NCBI GenBank assembly: GCA_963708075.1
Contig: OY970194.1
Location: forward strand, 448,001-512,000
Direction of reading: 5' to 3'
DNA from: Sedimentisphaerales bacterium
GTDB lineage: Bacteria; Planctomycetota; Phycisphaerae; Sedimentisphaerales; Anaerobacaceae
Length of the DNA stretch: 64,000 nt
The notes under the pieces were generated by a model. That model did not search any database. It was not told the origin of the DNA and worked only from the letters and a program-made list of their open reading frames with translations. Every line of letters starts with the position of its first letter. Within the stretch, counting starts at the first letter, position 1. The position numbers and the translations under genes are program-made. This document shows, in pieces, positions 44,495 to 55,504 of the stretch.

Positions 44495-44800
44495 TCATGC
44501 GCATACATACTGGACCTCCGCCTCGGCGACTACCTTATCGCGGAAGTAACGGCTCAAGTCTTCGGGTGTTCGCAAATCCACCTTGCGGCCGCCGAACAGG
44601 GCAGACAACTCCTCCTCCATGTCGAACAGTCGAAAGAATCCGGGGACGTGCCCCGGCTCAAAATCCACTAGCACGTCAACATCACTATCCGGCCCAAAAT
44701 CATCTCGCAGCGCGGAGCCAAAGATCGCCAGACGGCTGATGTGGTGTCGCCGGCAGAAATCGGCGATCTTGTCTTTGTCTATCATGACTTTCCCGTTCAT
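44495..44800 (-). CDS. Minimal nucleotidyltransferase (MntA-type antitoxin)
   Basis: [21 protein letters not shown]...GRKVDL...LSRYFR. Confidence 0.9.
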   Translation of the reverse strand: MNGKVMIDKDKIADFCRRHHISRLAIFGSALRDDFGPDSDVDVLVDFEPGHVPGFFRLFDMEEELSALFGGRKVDLRTPEDLSRYFRDKVVAEAEVQYVCA

Positions 44801-44895
44801 AGGTGCACTTGGAACAGATTCTATTGGCGGCAGGTGGCTAAGTCAATGTGATCCCGGCAAATCAGCGAGCGTTTCGACTGCCTGGTGGCTTGGGG

Positions 44896-45221
44896 GGTGC
44901 GGTCGGAATTCGGTGGCGGCGTGTAGCCGCTGTGTGCGGACTGCGTCTCTTTCGTCCCTTACGGGACTGGCTTTTGTCCTCGGCCCGGTTCCCCAGCGAT
45001 CAATCGCTGGGCTATTCTCTATCGCCCTGCGGGCTTGGACTTCGCTCCAGTCCTCTTGCATCGGCCCGTCCGCCCCACGGGGGCGATCGACACTAGCCCA
45101 CCGTTTCAACGGTGGGTACGATAGTCAATCCTATCTCAAAGCCCCGTAGGGGCGAAAGAAGACTGGGCTGCGCTCTTGTGTCGGGTGGAATCCGAATCCG
45201 CCACCGAATGGCGGCCACACC
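44896..45221. repeat. MITE-like multi-hairpin element, copy 1
   Basis: Near-identical to 54966-55362; terminal inverted repeats; internal hairpins CCCAGCGAT..ATCGCTGGG, CCCACCGTT..AACGGTGGG, GCCCC..GGGGC. Confidence 0.85.
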
Positions 45222-45337
45222 CGGCTTGGGAAGTGGGGGGATTCCAGGATTGACGGGCCCGGGGGATTCGGGTATGGTTTGGGGGCGCCGTGGGGCGGTG
45301 CAGACGTTCGCTATGATTGTATCGTTTGGAGGTTCCG

Positions 45338-46378
45338 ATGCCGGATTTGATCTTGAATGGGGACTATAAGCCGATTCTGGGCCTGCGGGAGACGGAGCGG
45401 GGCATCAAGTTCATCAAGGATTTCTTTCAGGACCACCTCGCGGGGACGCTGAATCTGCAGCGGGTATCCGCGCCGCTGTTTCTCAGGAAGGGCTCCGGGA
45501 TCAACGACGATCTGAACGGGGTGGAGGCAAAGGCGTGCTTCCGCATCAAGGACGACGATCACTGCGAGGCGGAATGCCTGTTCTCGCTGGCGAAGTGGAA
45601 GCGGATGGTGCTGGCGGATTACGGGTTCGCGCCGGGCGAAGGGCTGTACACGGATATGAACGCGATCCGGCCGGACGAGGAATGCCTGGACAACCTGCAC
45701 TCGGTGTACGTGGACCAGTGGGACTGGGAGCGCATCATCAGCGAGCAGGAGCGCAACCTGGAGTTCCTCAAGACGATCGTGCGAAGGATTTACGCCGTGC
45801 TGCGGCAGACGGAGGCGGCGGTGCAGCAGCGATATCCGCAGATCACGCCGATCCTGCCGCCGGAGATCACGTTCGTCCATGCTGAAGAGCTGCTGGATCG
45901 CTGGCCGGACGTGGGGCCGCGGGAGCGGGAGAATCGAATCACGAAGGAGCTGGGGGCCGTGTTCGTGATCGGCATCGGCGGCGCACTGCGGGACGGGACC
46001 CTTCATGACGGCCGGGCGCCGGATTATGACGACTGGGTCACGCCCACCGGCAACGGCCGCAAAGGATTGAACGGCGATATCCTGCTGTGGTACCCGCTCT
46101 TGCACAGGGCGTTTGAGATCAGCTCGATGGGCATTCGCGTGAACAAGGATACGCTCGCGGAGCAATTGAAGATACGCGGGGCCCTGAACAGACGCGAGTT
46201 TGACTGGCACAAGCGGCTGCTGGCCGGCGAGCTGCCGCTGAGCATCGGCGGCGGGATCGGCCAGTCGCGACTATGCATGTTCTTCCTGCGCAAGTTGCAC
46301 GTCGGCGAAGTGCACGCCAGCGTGTGGCCGCAGTGGATGATCGAGAAGTGCAAGGCAGCCGGGGTCTCGCTGCTGTAG
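45338..46378 (+). CDS. asnA: Aspartate-ammonia ligase
   Basis: GINDDLNGVE, SLAKWKR, HSVYVDQWDWE, RAPDYDDW, GGGIGQSRL. Confidence 0.96.
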   Translation: MPDLILNGDYKPILGLRETERGIKFIKDFFQDHLAGTLNLQRVSAPLFLRKGSGINDDLNGVEAKACFRIKDDDHCEAECLFSLAKWKRMVLADYGFAPGEGLYTDMNAIRPDEECLDNLHSVYVDQWDWERIISEQERNLEFLKTIVRRIYAVLRQTEAAVQQRYPQITPILPPEITFVHAEELLDRWPDVGPRERENRITKELGAVFVIGIGGALRDGTLHDGRAPDYDDWVTPTGNGRKGLNGDILLWYPLLHRAFEISSMGIRVNKDTLAEQLKIRGALNRREFDWHKRLLAGELPLSIGGGIGQSRLCMFFLRKLHVGEVHASVWPQWMIEKCKAAGVSLL

Positions 46379-46480
46379 TCACCTCCGAGTCAGCGCAAAA
46401 GGATGGGGATGGCTTTGCGGCCATCCCCGATAGGTCCTGGCCTGTGGATCTGGCCACAGGCCTCTATGTGGCAACGGCGG

Positions 46481-49042
46481 TTACTTGGCCGCTGCCTCAG
46501 CCACGGAGGACTCCAATTCTGTACCGGAATTGCTGACTGTCACCGCTGAATCACTTACATTGGTTCGCGAATCACTGATCTTCACATCGGCCGGCGGCTT
46601 GTTGAGCTGCTGAATGGCCGTGATGATGTCCTTGGTCTGGCGAAGCGTTCGTTCCTGGATCTGCTGCATCTGGTCCGCGAGCGAGACCTGATCCTGTCGG
46701 AGTTGTGCGATCACATTCACGAGCGCCTGGATATCCTGGTTCACCTTGGCTTCGAACTGCGCCCGGCTTTGCCCGTTGGCGCCGAGTTGGGATGTCAGCC
46801 CATCGAGACTGGGCTGCAGAGAACCCTGAAGCTTTGTCAGGTGCTGCTCCAAAGCTGCAATACTCGTGGTGACGGTCTGCACGTTCGCCTGGGCGGCGTC
46901 GAGCCGTTGAGCCCATTGCTGCTGGCTCTGGACAAGCTCGGCGAGCTTGGCGGCCAGTTCCTGGCGGTCCGTCTGCACGGCCTGTGTCAGTCTGGCCTGG
47001 CCTTCGTTCAGGTCGATCACGTCAAGGGCGGTTTGGCCTGAGGTCGCCACGACGGCGTCCAAGCCGCTCTGCGTTTGTTGCTGGCTATTTGCCAGATCAG
47101 CAATCCGCCCATCGATTGCCGTGTTGTGGCTCTGCAGGTCCTGGGTCAGTGTGTCCTGGCCGGTGGCCATACTGATGACATCGAGCGCCGTCTGGCCGCT
47201 TGTGGCCACGACAAAGGCAAGACTGCCCTGCATCTGCTCCTGGCCGCCCGCAAGACCGGCCATTCGGCTGTCCACCGCCTGGCTGTGGCTCTGAAGCGCC
47301 TGTCGCAGGGCATCCTGCTGAGACGTCATCGCGATCACATCCAGGGCGGTCTGGCCTGTGGTCGCCGTGACCGCATCAAGACCGCTCTGCATTTGCTTCT
47401 GGTTATCTGTCAGGCCGGCGATCTGGCGAGTTGTTGCCTCGTCGTGCTTCTGCAGGGTCTGTTGCATCGACTCCTGCCGCGCGGCTGCCGCCTTGACATT
47501 CGCGGCGGTTTGCTGGACGGTTGCGGCAACCGTGTCGAGGCTGCCACGAAGCTGCTTCTGGTCATTGGTGGCGTCGGTGATCCGGCTCGTGATCGCTTCA
47601 CCTTGTTCCCTGATCGCCTTGTTCGTTGAGCTCTGCTCGGTGGCCACAGTCCGGAGGCCGGCGGCTATCTGATCAGTTCTCTCACGGAAGCTGCCCGTGC
47701 TTGCCTCGATGGCTCGCTGCAGTGCGACACTGCTGTCGCTCAACGCGATGACATCCAGTGCGGTCTGGCTGGCTGTGGCTGTGAGAACATCCATCTGGCC
47801 CTGCAACTGCTGTTGCCCGCCGGACAGTTGTGTCACCTGATCTCTCACTGCCTGGTGATTTGCCTTGACGGCGTCGTGCAAGCTCGTCTGTTCGGTGCGG
47901 ATGGTCCCCACGCTGCCGACGATGGTGTCTGCCTTCCGGTTGAGGCCGGTGAGATTGCTTTGCAGCCCTGCCTGGTTCTCGGAAAGGCCGGCGAGTTTTG
48001 CGGCGACAGTGCCATTGTCGCTGCTGAGCGTCTCGCGGATCGCCTCCTGACCTGCCGCTATAGCGGTAAGCTGGGAAGCGGTCTGGCCGGTCTTCTCAGT
48101 CAGTCCATTGATGCCCGCCTGGAGACCCTGCTGGTTCTCGATGACGGCCGCGACCTGGCCGGCTACGATCTTATGATTGGCGCCGAGTGTCTGCTGCATG
48201 GAGGTCTGGCCGGCGGCCAGGGCGGCGATGCCTTCGGTATTTTGCTTCGTCTGGCCCGCCAGGTGCTCCACGGCCACCTGTGTATTCTTCTGGTTTTGCT
48301 CCAGAATTGCGGATTTCTCAGCAAATACCACTTTGTGCTCGTTGAGCGTCTGCTGCATGGCGGTCTGGCCCTGCGAGATGCCCGTCACGTCCCTCGCGAC
48401 GACCCGCATGAACTTGTCCAGGCCTTCGAGGCCGCTGTAGATGCGATCCTGGCTGGCGGCCAGGGCAACGAGCTGCTCGGCCATTCTCAATTCGGCCTGC
48501 TGCAACTGCCCGATGTCGGTCCGGGTTTTTTCCTGGTTGGCGGCGACGGTCGCGATGCTCTCGCCCAGTTCCTGTCGGCTTGTTTGCACCATCTGATGCA
48601 GAGTCGCTTGCTCCCTGGCGATGGCGGTGACGTCGGAAGCCGTCTGTTGCGTGACACCGGCCACCTGGCCGACGCCATCGCGCAAAAGCCGCTGGTTCTC
48701 GTCCAGCGTCCCCATCCGTTTGTCTATCGCCTGGTGTCCGCTTGTGACCGTCCCATGGAGCGCATCTTGCTGGTTCTGAACGGTGGAGATGCCCGTGCCG
48801 AGGTCCTGGTCGTTGCGGTCGAGCTTCTGGATGCCTTCCTGGACCTCGTTATTGTTGACGTAGACTTGCGAGGAGACTGTGGCAAGCTGCCTTGCATTGG
48901 CGGCGACCATCGCCTGCAGCCTGATTTGATTCTCCTCCATCCTGGCCAATCGGTCATCGCAGCCGAAGATGCCGAGAGCCATGGCCCCGAGGAGAACGGT
49001 TAGAATGATCAGTCGCCCGATTGCACGTCCTTTTGCCTTCAT
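46481..49042 (-). CDS. Long coiled-coil repeat lipoprotein of unknown function
   Basis: Lipobox GIFGC; Q/A/T-rich helical body with about 53-aa repeats (QTALDVI x4 plus degenerate copies). Confidence 0.75.
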   Translation of the reverse strand: MKAKGRAIGRLIILTVLLGAMALGIFGCDDRLARMEENQIRLQAMVAANARQLATVSSQVYVNNNEVQEGIQKLDRNDQDLGTGISTVQNQQDALHGTVTSGHQAIDKRMGTLDENQRLLRDGVGQVAGVTQQTASDVTAIAREQATLHQMVQTSRQELGESIATVAANQEKTRTDIGQLQQAELRMAEQLVALAASQDRIYSGLEGLDKFMRVVARDVTGISQGQTAMQQTLNEHKVVFAEKSAILEQNQKNTQVAVEHLAGQTKQNTEGIAALAAGQTSMQQTLGANHKIVAGQVAAVIENQQGLQAGINGLTEKTGQTASQLTAIAAGQEAIRETLSSDNGTVAAKLAGLSENQAGLQSNLTGLNRKADTIVGSVGTIRTEQTSLHDAVKANHQAVRDQVTQLSGGQQQLQGQMDVLTATASQTALDVIALSDSSVALQRAIEASTGSFRERTDQIAAGLRTVATEQSSTNKAIREQGEAITSRITDATNDQKQLRGSLDTVAATVQQTAANVKAAAARQESMQQTLQKHDEATTRQIAGLTDNQKQMQSGLDAVTATTGQTALDVIAMTSQQDALRQALQSHSQAVDSRMAGLAGGQEQMQGSLAFVVATSGQTALDVISMATGQDTLTQDLQSHNTAIDGRIADLANSQQQTQSGLDAVVATSGQTALDVIDLNEGQARLTQAVQTDRQELAAKLAELVQSQQQWAQRLDAAQANVQTVTTSIAALEQHLTKLQGSLQPSLDGLTSQLGANGQSRAQFEAKVNQDIQALVNVIAQLRQDQVSLADQMQQIQERTLRQTKDIITAIQQLNKPPADVKISDSRTNVSDSAVTVSNSGTELESSVAEAAAK

Positions 49043-49526
49043 CGTGACTCCTTTCAATTGCGACGGCTCCTGCCCACATCCCGGTGTGACTGACCCATTC
49101 CATTCCATGCCGCGCCGGTGACGGGCCCATACCTAAATAACCGCTTTCGCAGTACTGGTAAAGCCCCAACACCGCCTTTTCTTCATCGGCCGGGCAGCTT
49201 GGAAAGCTTTACCCTTTGTGGGACGCGTTCACAAGATGGGCATACTACAGGAGATACGACAATTTCGGGCAGGCCCGCGAGCGGGGCTTGCAGCCGTCGG
49301 TTGCGGCAGGTATTGAGGCGTTGAAGGGCTCCCCAGGCGAGGATGTAATTCCGTCAGTGAATCTTTGGCAGGGCGGTTTCAGCTCCCTGCAATCCAACTA
49401 TCGGCTTGAGTGAATCGGAGGGTTCTGGTACACTAGCACCGCATCTGCGGCGGCTGGACCGGTTCACCGGCCGGCCATCAGGGGAGAAAACGATAGTCGG
49501 AATCGCTATGGAGATCGAGGTTCGAA

Positions 49527-50798
49527 ATGGATGTGTTGTTGATCGGCAGTGGCGGACGCGAGCATGCAATCGCATGGAAACTCAAACAATCCAAGGGGCT
49601 CGGCAAGCTGTACATCGCCCCGGGCAACGCCGGCACCGCTCAGTGCGGCCAGAATGTAGCGATCAAGGATGATGACGTGCCCGCATTGGTGGCCTTCGCC
49701 CGTGAAAAGCGGGTCGGCCTGGTTGTGGTCGGACCGGAGGACCCACTCGCGGCGGGTGTGGTGGACGCATTGGAGGCCGTCGGCATCAAAGCGTTCGGAC
49801 CGAGCAAAGCGGCGGCGCAGCTCGAGGCCGACAAAGCCTTCGCCAAGCAGATGATGCGGGCGTGCGCCGTCTCGACGGCCGAGGCGAGGGTCTTCGATCG
49901 CTTCAGCGATGCCAAGGCCTACATCGCCAGCCGGGACGAGCCGGTCGTCGTCAAGGCGGCGGGGTTGGCCAAGGGCAAAGGGGTGATTGTCTGCGATGAT
50001 CCCGTCGACGCGATTCTGGCGGCGGAGAAGATCATGGTGGATAAGATCTTCGGCTCGGCCGGCGACAAGATTATCGTGGAGGACAAACTGCTGGGCGAAG
50101 AAGCCTCGATCCTGGCGTTTGTGGACGGCCGCAACATCTACCTGATGGAATCCTCGCAGGACCACAAGCCCGTCGGCGACGGCGACACAGGCCCGAACAC
50201 CGGCGGCATGGGCGCCTACAGCCCTGCGCCGATCATCTCCGACGACATGATGAACCGGATCAGCCGGGAGATTCTCGTACCCATGGTCGATGCGATGAAC
50301 CGCAATGAGACGCCGTACAAAGGCGTGCTCTACGCAGGCGTGATGATCACCAGCGGCGGCCCTCGCGTGCTCGAATTTAACGCGCGGTTCGGAGACCCGG
50401 AAACCCAGCCGATCCTGATGCGGCTCAAGAGCGATCTGCTGGAGGTGTGCCTGGCGGTCTGCGACGGCACGCTCGAGGACGTTTTCCTGAAATGGGACCC
50501 GAGGCCGGCGGTCTGCGTCGTGATGGCCTCCGGCGGGTATCCGGGCGATTACGAGAAAGGTAAGCCGATTCACGGGCTCAAGGAGGCCGAGTCGTTGTCG
50601 GATGTGATGGTGTTCCACGCCGGCACGGCACAGAAGGGTGGCGAAGTCGTGACCAACGGCGGCCGCGTGCTCGGCGTAACGGCCCTCGGGGCCGACGTCG
50701 CCGCGGCCAAGGCGCGAGCCTATGAGGCTGTCAGTCAGATTCATTTCGATGGGGCGCATTACCGCCACGACATCGCGGACAAAGCGATCCGGCGGTAG
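49527..50798 (+). CDS. purD: Phosphoribosylamine-glycine ligase
   Basis: GSGGREHA, VVGPEDPL, GPNTGGMGAY, EFNARFGDPE, NGGRVL. Confidence 0.98.
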   Translation: MDVLLIGSGGREHAIAWKLKQSKGLGKLYIAPGNAGTAQCGQNVAIKDDDVPALVAFAREKRVGLVVVGPEDPLAAGVVDALEAVGIKAFGPSKAAAQLEADKAFAKQMMRACAVSTAEARVFDRFSDAKAYIASRDEPVVVKAAGLAKGKGVIVCDDPVDAILAAEKIMVDKIFGSAGDKIIVEDKLLGEEASILAFVDGRNIYLMESSQDHKPVGDGDTGPNTGGMGAYSPAPIISDDMMNRISREILVPMVDAMNRNETPYKGVLYAGVMITSGGPRVLEFNARFGDPETQPILMRLKSDLLEVCLAVCDGTLEDVFLKWDPRPAVCVVMASGGYPGDYEKGKPIHGLKEAESLSDVMVFHAGTAQKGGEVVTNGGRVLGVTALGADVAAAKARAYEAVSQIHFDGAHYRHDIADKAIRR

Positions 50799-50825
50799 GG
50801 AAGAAAGTTTGAAGTATGAAGTTTG

Positions 50826-53800
50826 ATGGTTGATTTCCATATCAAAAATCAAAAATCAAAAATCAAAAATCGAACTTGCCGTCGGATTCTCGTGCGCGGA
50901 TTGAAGGTGCTGGCGGTCCTGATCGTCGTGTTGGCGGGTGTCGGGATTTGGGCGGCACGGGCCTTGCCGAGGATTGCCGCGGCCCAGATCAGCCGCTTGA
51001 CGAATACTCGCGTGGAGATGGGGCCGTTCGATTTCCACCGCGATGCATCGGTTCTCGATTGACGGGCTGGTCTTGCACCCCGGCGACGGACCGGCGTCCG
51101 AGGATAGCGCCATCCTGCGCGCGGGCAACATCCACGCGTACTTCAGTCCGCGCAGCCTGCTGACCCTGGCGCCGCGACTGACCGAAATCCATATTGATGA
51201 TTTCATCCTGAATGCCCAGTTCGACATGGAAACGGGGCGGTGGAATGTCGGCGACCTGCGAATCAACAAGCCGTCCGGCAAACGGGACAGGGTTCTTCCG
51301 ACCGTCGTCCTGCAGCAGGGAACGCTGCGGTACTCGAAGGCTTCCGGGGGAAAACGCGAGGTTGTCATGTCGATCCCCATCGAAGCGAGCTTCGGATTCG
51401 TGGAAGAGCCTCGCCGGGGCTACAGCTTCGGGGTCAAGACGGCCAGGCTCTCCAGCGGCTATGGGCAAAGCCACCTCGACGGGTTCTGGCAGAAGGGCCA
51501 GTTGACGCTGGCCGGCGGCCTGTCCTCCACGGATATCCCATCGCTCGAACGGGCGTGGGCGGCGGATGTCATTGCGGCACAATTGACGTACGACAGCAAC
51601 GACAACTACACGCTGGATCTGCGCGTCCAGAATGCCCACAACAAGCAGAGTCCCGAGGTCGATGCGTTCCGCACGCTTATCCCGACGTCGCCCGGCCAGT
51701 CGGGCCCGCTGGCGGCGCTCCAGTGGTTCTTCACCCGCTACCGTCCGTCCGGGGTCGTCGGACAGATAGAACTCAAAACGCACGGAAATTTCAAGAGACT
51801 GGCCCGGAGCGAGGTCGCAGGCACGCTCACGTGCACGGATATCTCCGTCTGCGATCGGAAGTTTCCGTACACGATCGATCATCTGGCGGGCGAGCTGAAT
51901 TTCACTCAGTCCACGGTGGTTCTCAATCAGCTCTCCGGCAAGCACGGCGATGTCGATCTGGTGATCGATGGCTGGACGAAAGGTTCCGGCCAAAGCCGGC
52001 AGTATCAGTACCGCGTGACGAGCGACAACATGATCCTGGATGCCGGGCTTTATGCCGCCCTGCAGCCGGGCCGCAAACGCATGTGGGACGCCTTCAAGCC
52101 GCGGGGCGTTGTCGGCGTGGATTACAGGATCACTCGGACATCGCCGACGCAGAAACGCGAATACGCCTCCGTGAAATTGCAGCACGTGGCCGCCACGTAC
52201 GAGAAGTTTCCCTACCCTCTGGAGGAACTGACCGGCGGACTGTATTTCGACGACGAGAGCATCATAGCCGAAGGTTTAGTCTCGCGGGCAGGTGGTCGAT
52301 GGATCAACGTGGACGGCAAGATCACGCACCGGGACACCGGCAATCCGATCTACTATATCACGGTCGATGGGAACGATATTCCACTGGATGCCGTTCTCGG
52401 CAAGGCGCTGCCCGACCGCTATCGCAAACTCTACGAGCAGTTCGACGCCAACGGCACGGCGGCGATCCGGGCGAAGGTCTTCACCACGGGCGACGCAAAC
52501 GACGCCGGGGCCATCAGTTTTCTGGCCGACGTCTCCGCCCGGATGACTTCGCTGAAGTCGCAGAAGCTGCCCGTGACTCTCACAAACGCCTCGGCGGAAC
52601 TGTCCATCACGCCGGAATCACTGAGCGTGAAGAAGCTCACCGGACGGTATGGCGACAGCCCGGTCGTGCTGTCCGGCGGTGGGCGATTCTCCGAAGGCAC
52701 GCTTCCGCAGATCCAGTTGAAGGCGCAGGCCGAGGGCGTGCCCCTGGATAGCAGGACCGTCAATCTGCTTCCCGAACCGCTCAAGGGGCACGTGGCGGCG
52801 TTCGACCCGCAGGGAAGAGTGAACCTGGCCATCGATGTCAGGCAACTCGCCGACAGCGAGGCCCCGGAGTACACCATCGCCGTAGATTGTCTCGGCAATA
52901 GCATCAAGCACCAGCGATTCGCCTATCCGCTGCGCGATATCCGTGGGAATCTCACGATAAGTCCGGGCAAGATGGTATTCAGCGGGATCGAGGCGACGCC
53001 CGGCGGGGCATCCGCCCTCGACCCGCAATCCACGATCCGGCTCGATGGACGTCTTGACCTGACCAGCGGCGCCGACTTCGGCTCTTTCACCATAGCCGCC
53101 CGTAATGTCCCGTTCACGGACGAGTTCAGCGCCGCCTTGCCCGGCGCGCTCGGGCAGATGTACTGCGACACGGCGCCGCAGGGTTCCTTCAATCTGGACC
53201 TGACAATTCCCAGAATCGCGAAGGTCGCGGAGGATGACGCGCGTATCGACTTCACAGGCAAGGCGAGCCTCAACGCTCGTGATCTGCATATCGCGGGCCC
53301 GGCTGCCGAGCTCCGCGGCGGCGTGAACGTCGAAGGCTCCTACAGCACGAGGGCCGGCCTCACCGCCGCTCGCATGAAGCTCGATGCGCAGCGGCTCACG
53401 ATTCGAGGTAAATCCATCACCGATCTCAGAGGCGAAATTGTCTTCGACCCGAATGCACGGACGTGGTCCGCTCCCGGTTTCGTCGGTACCTGCTACGAGG
53501 GCCGGGTCGCCGGCGATCTGGAGCTGCGCAGCGCGGATGAATCGGCATTGCAGTACATGCTTCGGGTGGCGTTTCATCACGTGAACCTGCAGCAGTTCCT
53601 CGCCGCCGGCAAGCCCGCCGGCGTCACCGAGAGCGATTACGGCAGCGGCATCATGGACGCATCGCTGTCCCTTGGCGCCCGCATTGGCGACGCCTCTTCC
53701 CGGCTCGGCTCCTGCCGGGTCGATGTCATCGATATGCGCGTCGGCAAAGTCTCGCCCATGGCCAACTTCCTGTCCGTGCTGCAGTTGAACGAGCGGACCG

Positions 53801-54126
53801 ATTACACGTTCGACCGGATGCTGATCGAGTCGTACCTCAAGCGCGATACGCTGATGATTCAGAAGCTCGACATGTCGGGCAAGAACGTGGCCTTCACCGG
53901 CTCGGGGACGATGAATACGTCCAGCAACCAGGTCAATCTGACTCTCACGGCCCGCGGCCGGCGAGTGGCCACGGCCAAACCCGGCGTACTCGAATCCCTC
54001 GCCGAGGGGCTGGGCGGCGCCGTCGTTCGCATGGAAGTCACCGGCAAGGCCGACAACCCGTCCGTCGCGACCAAGACCCTGCCCCTGATCGAGGACTCCC
54101 TGAGAATCCTCGGCACCCCGAGATAA
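50826..54126 (+). CDS. AsmA/YhdP-like lipid-bridge protein, frameshift near 51050
   Basis: N-terminal TM in frame 50823 joins a long beta-rich ORF with repeated (K/R)F(P/A)Y-x-(I/L)-xx-(L/I)-x-G; AsmA-like C-terminus. Confidence 0.75.
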
Positions 54127-54177
54127 GAGCCCCGGGTCGAACCTCTGTCCTTACGCGTCGCTGTGCCGACAAACTTG

Positions 54178-54336
54178 TTGGGTTCGTCCCAAGTTGTTGA
54201 GTTTTGGGTGGCAGCGTCAAGCGCAGCTTGGCGATGGTCTTGCCCATTCGCCATCGCCAAGGCCTTCGGCCTTGACGCTGCCACCCGACTGCGCAGCTTG
54301 CACAGGCTCGATCTCAAGGATTTGGGACGAACCCAA
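54178..54336. repeat. Nested inverted repeats
   Basis: 15-bp perfect IR TTGGGTTCGTCCCAA enclosing GGGTGGCAGCGTCAAG/CTTGACGCTGCCACCC and TTGGCGATGG/CCATCGCCAA. Confidence 0.75.
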
Positions 54337-54799
54337 CTTGTTGAGAACGCCCCATGTTCTTGACATTGGGCCGTTGGAGCGTGGGAACACTGCCGCGCGA
54401 CAGATCGATTCCGCCGCTTTGCGGCGGGAGTTTTCCGCTTTGTGGCCTCCAGCATGATTCAGGCTGCCGCCCGATTCAGGCCATCCTCCGCGGCCGGTGC
54501 GTACGAGCAACCATGCTGGTGGCTCCAAAGCGATAAACTCCCTGCCGGCGCCCCGTCGGCAGGTTCCCAGAGATCTCAAATGGCTCCTGTGGCTGGGGAG
54601 GCAACAGGCTTGGGAGTAGGGACTCGGGGATTCGTGCATGGTCAATGAGTCCGGCGGTGCTGGTTCAGTCGGGTATGACCATCGGATGAAGGCATCAAGA
54701 GAAACGCTTCACGGCGTCACCACAAACTAAGCTCCGGGCTTTGCCGCAGCCACCCGATGCGTGTACGACTAATTTTCGTGGGGGGCCGTGCATCCATCC

Positions 54800-54920
54800 T
54801 GTCATCCCTTCGACTATGCTCAGGGCAGGCCCTGAGCGTCAGCGAAGGATCTCCGCTGTGCATGGGAACAAGCGTTAGTTTCATTCGTGGGCCAGATGCT
54901 TCGCTTCGCTCAGCATGACA
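54800..54920. repeat. TGTCAT..CTGAGCG..GCGAAG inverted-repeat element
   Basis: tgtcatcc...ctgagcgtcagcgaaggatct paired with agatgcttcgcttcgctcagcatgaca. Confidence 0.65.
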
Positions 54921-54965
54921 AATCCGGACAGCTCCCCCACGAGGCGTAGTCGCACACCCCGATGG

Positions 54966-55362
54966 GGTGTGGTCGGAATTCGGTGGCGGCGTGTAGCCGC
55001 CGTGTGCGGACTGCGCCTCTTTCGTCCCTTACGGGACTGGCTTTTGTCCTCGGCCCCGGTTCCCCAGCGATAAATCGCTGGGCTATTCTCCATCGCCCTG
55101 CGGGCTTGTACTGCGCCATGGCTGAGCTTCGTGGTCCTGTCAAATTGAAGGCTATTCTCTATCGCCCTTCGAGCCTGGACTGAGCCCCAGTGCTCTTGCG
55201 TCAGCCCATCCGCCCCACAGGGGCAATCGACACTAGCCCACCGTTTCAACGGTGGGTGCCGATAGCCAATCCTATCTCAAAGCCCCGCAGGGGCGACAGA
55301 AGACCGGGGTGCGCTCTTGGGTCCGGTGGAATCGGAATCCGCCACCGAATGGCGGCCACACC
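54966..55362. repeat. MITE-like multi-hairpin element, copy 2 (with internal partial duplication)
   Basis: Matches 44896-45221; extra segment repeats GGCTATTCTC.ATCGCCCT. Confidence 0.85.
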
Positions 55363-55504
55363 CCCACGCATCCGCGCTTGGTGAATTGCATTGTGGAGGG
55401 CGAGCCAGTCACTATAATAGGGAGCGACACCAGGGTCTGTCCGGCAAAACGCAGCAGTGGGTGACGCGGACGGAATTGGTCGATACAACGTTGAGGTACC
55501 ATCG

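Noticed and set aside
44843..45149. ORFs shared with 54881-55249
   Set aside because: Similarity comes from the non-coding MITE-like repeat and the frames are not preserved between copies
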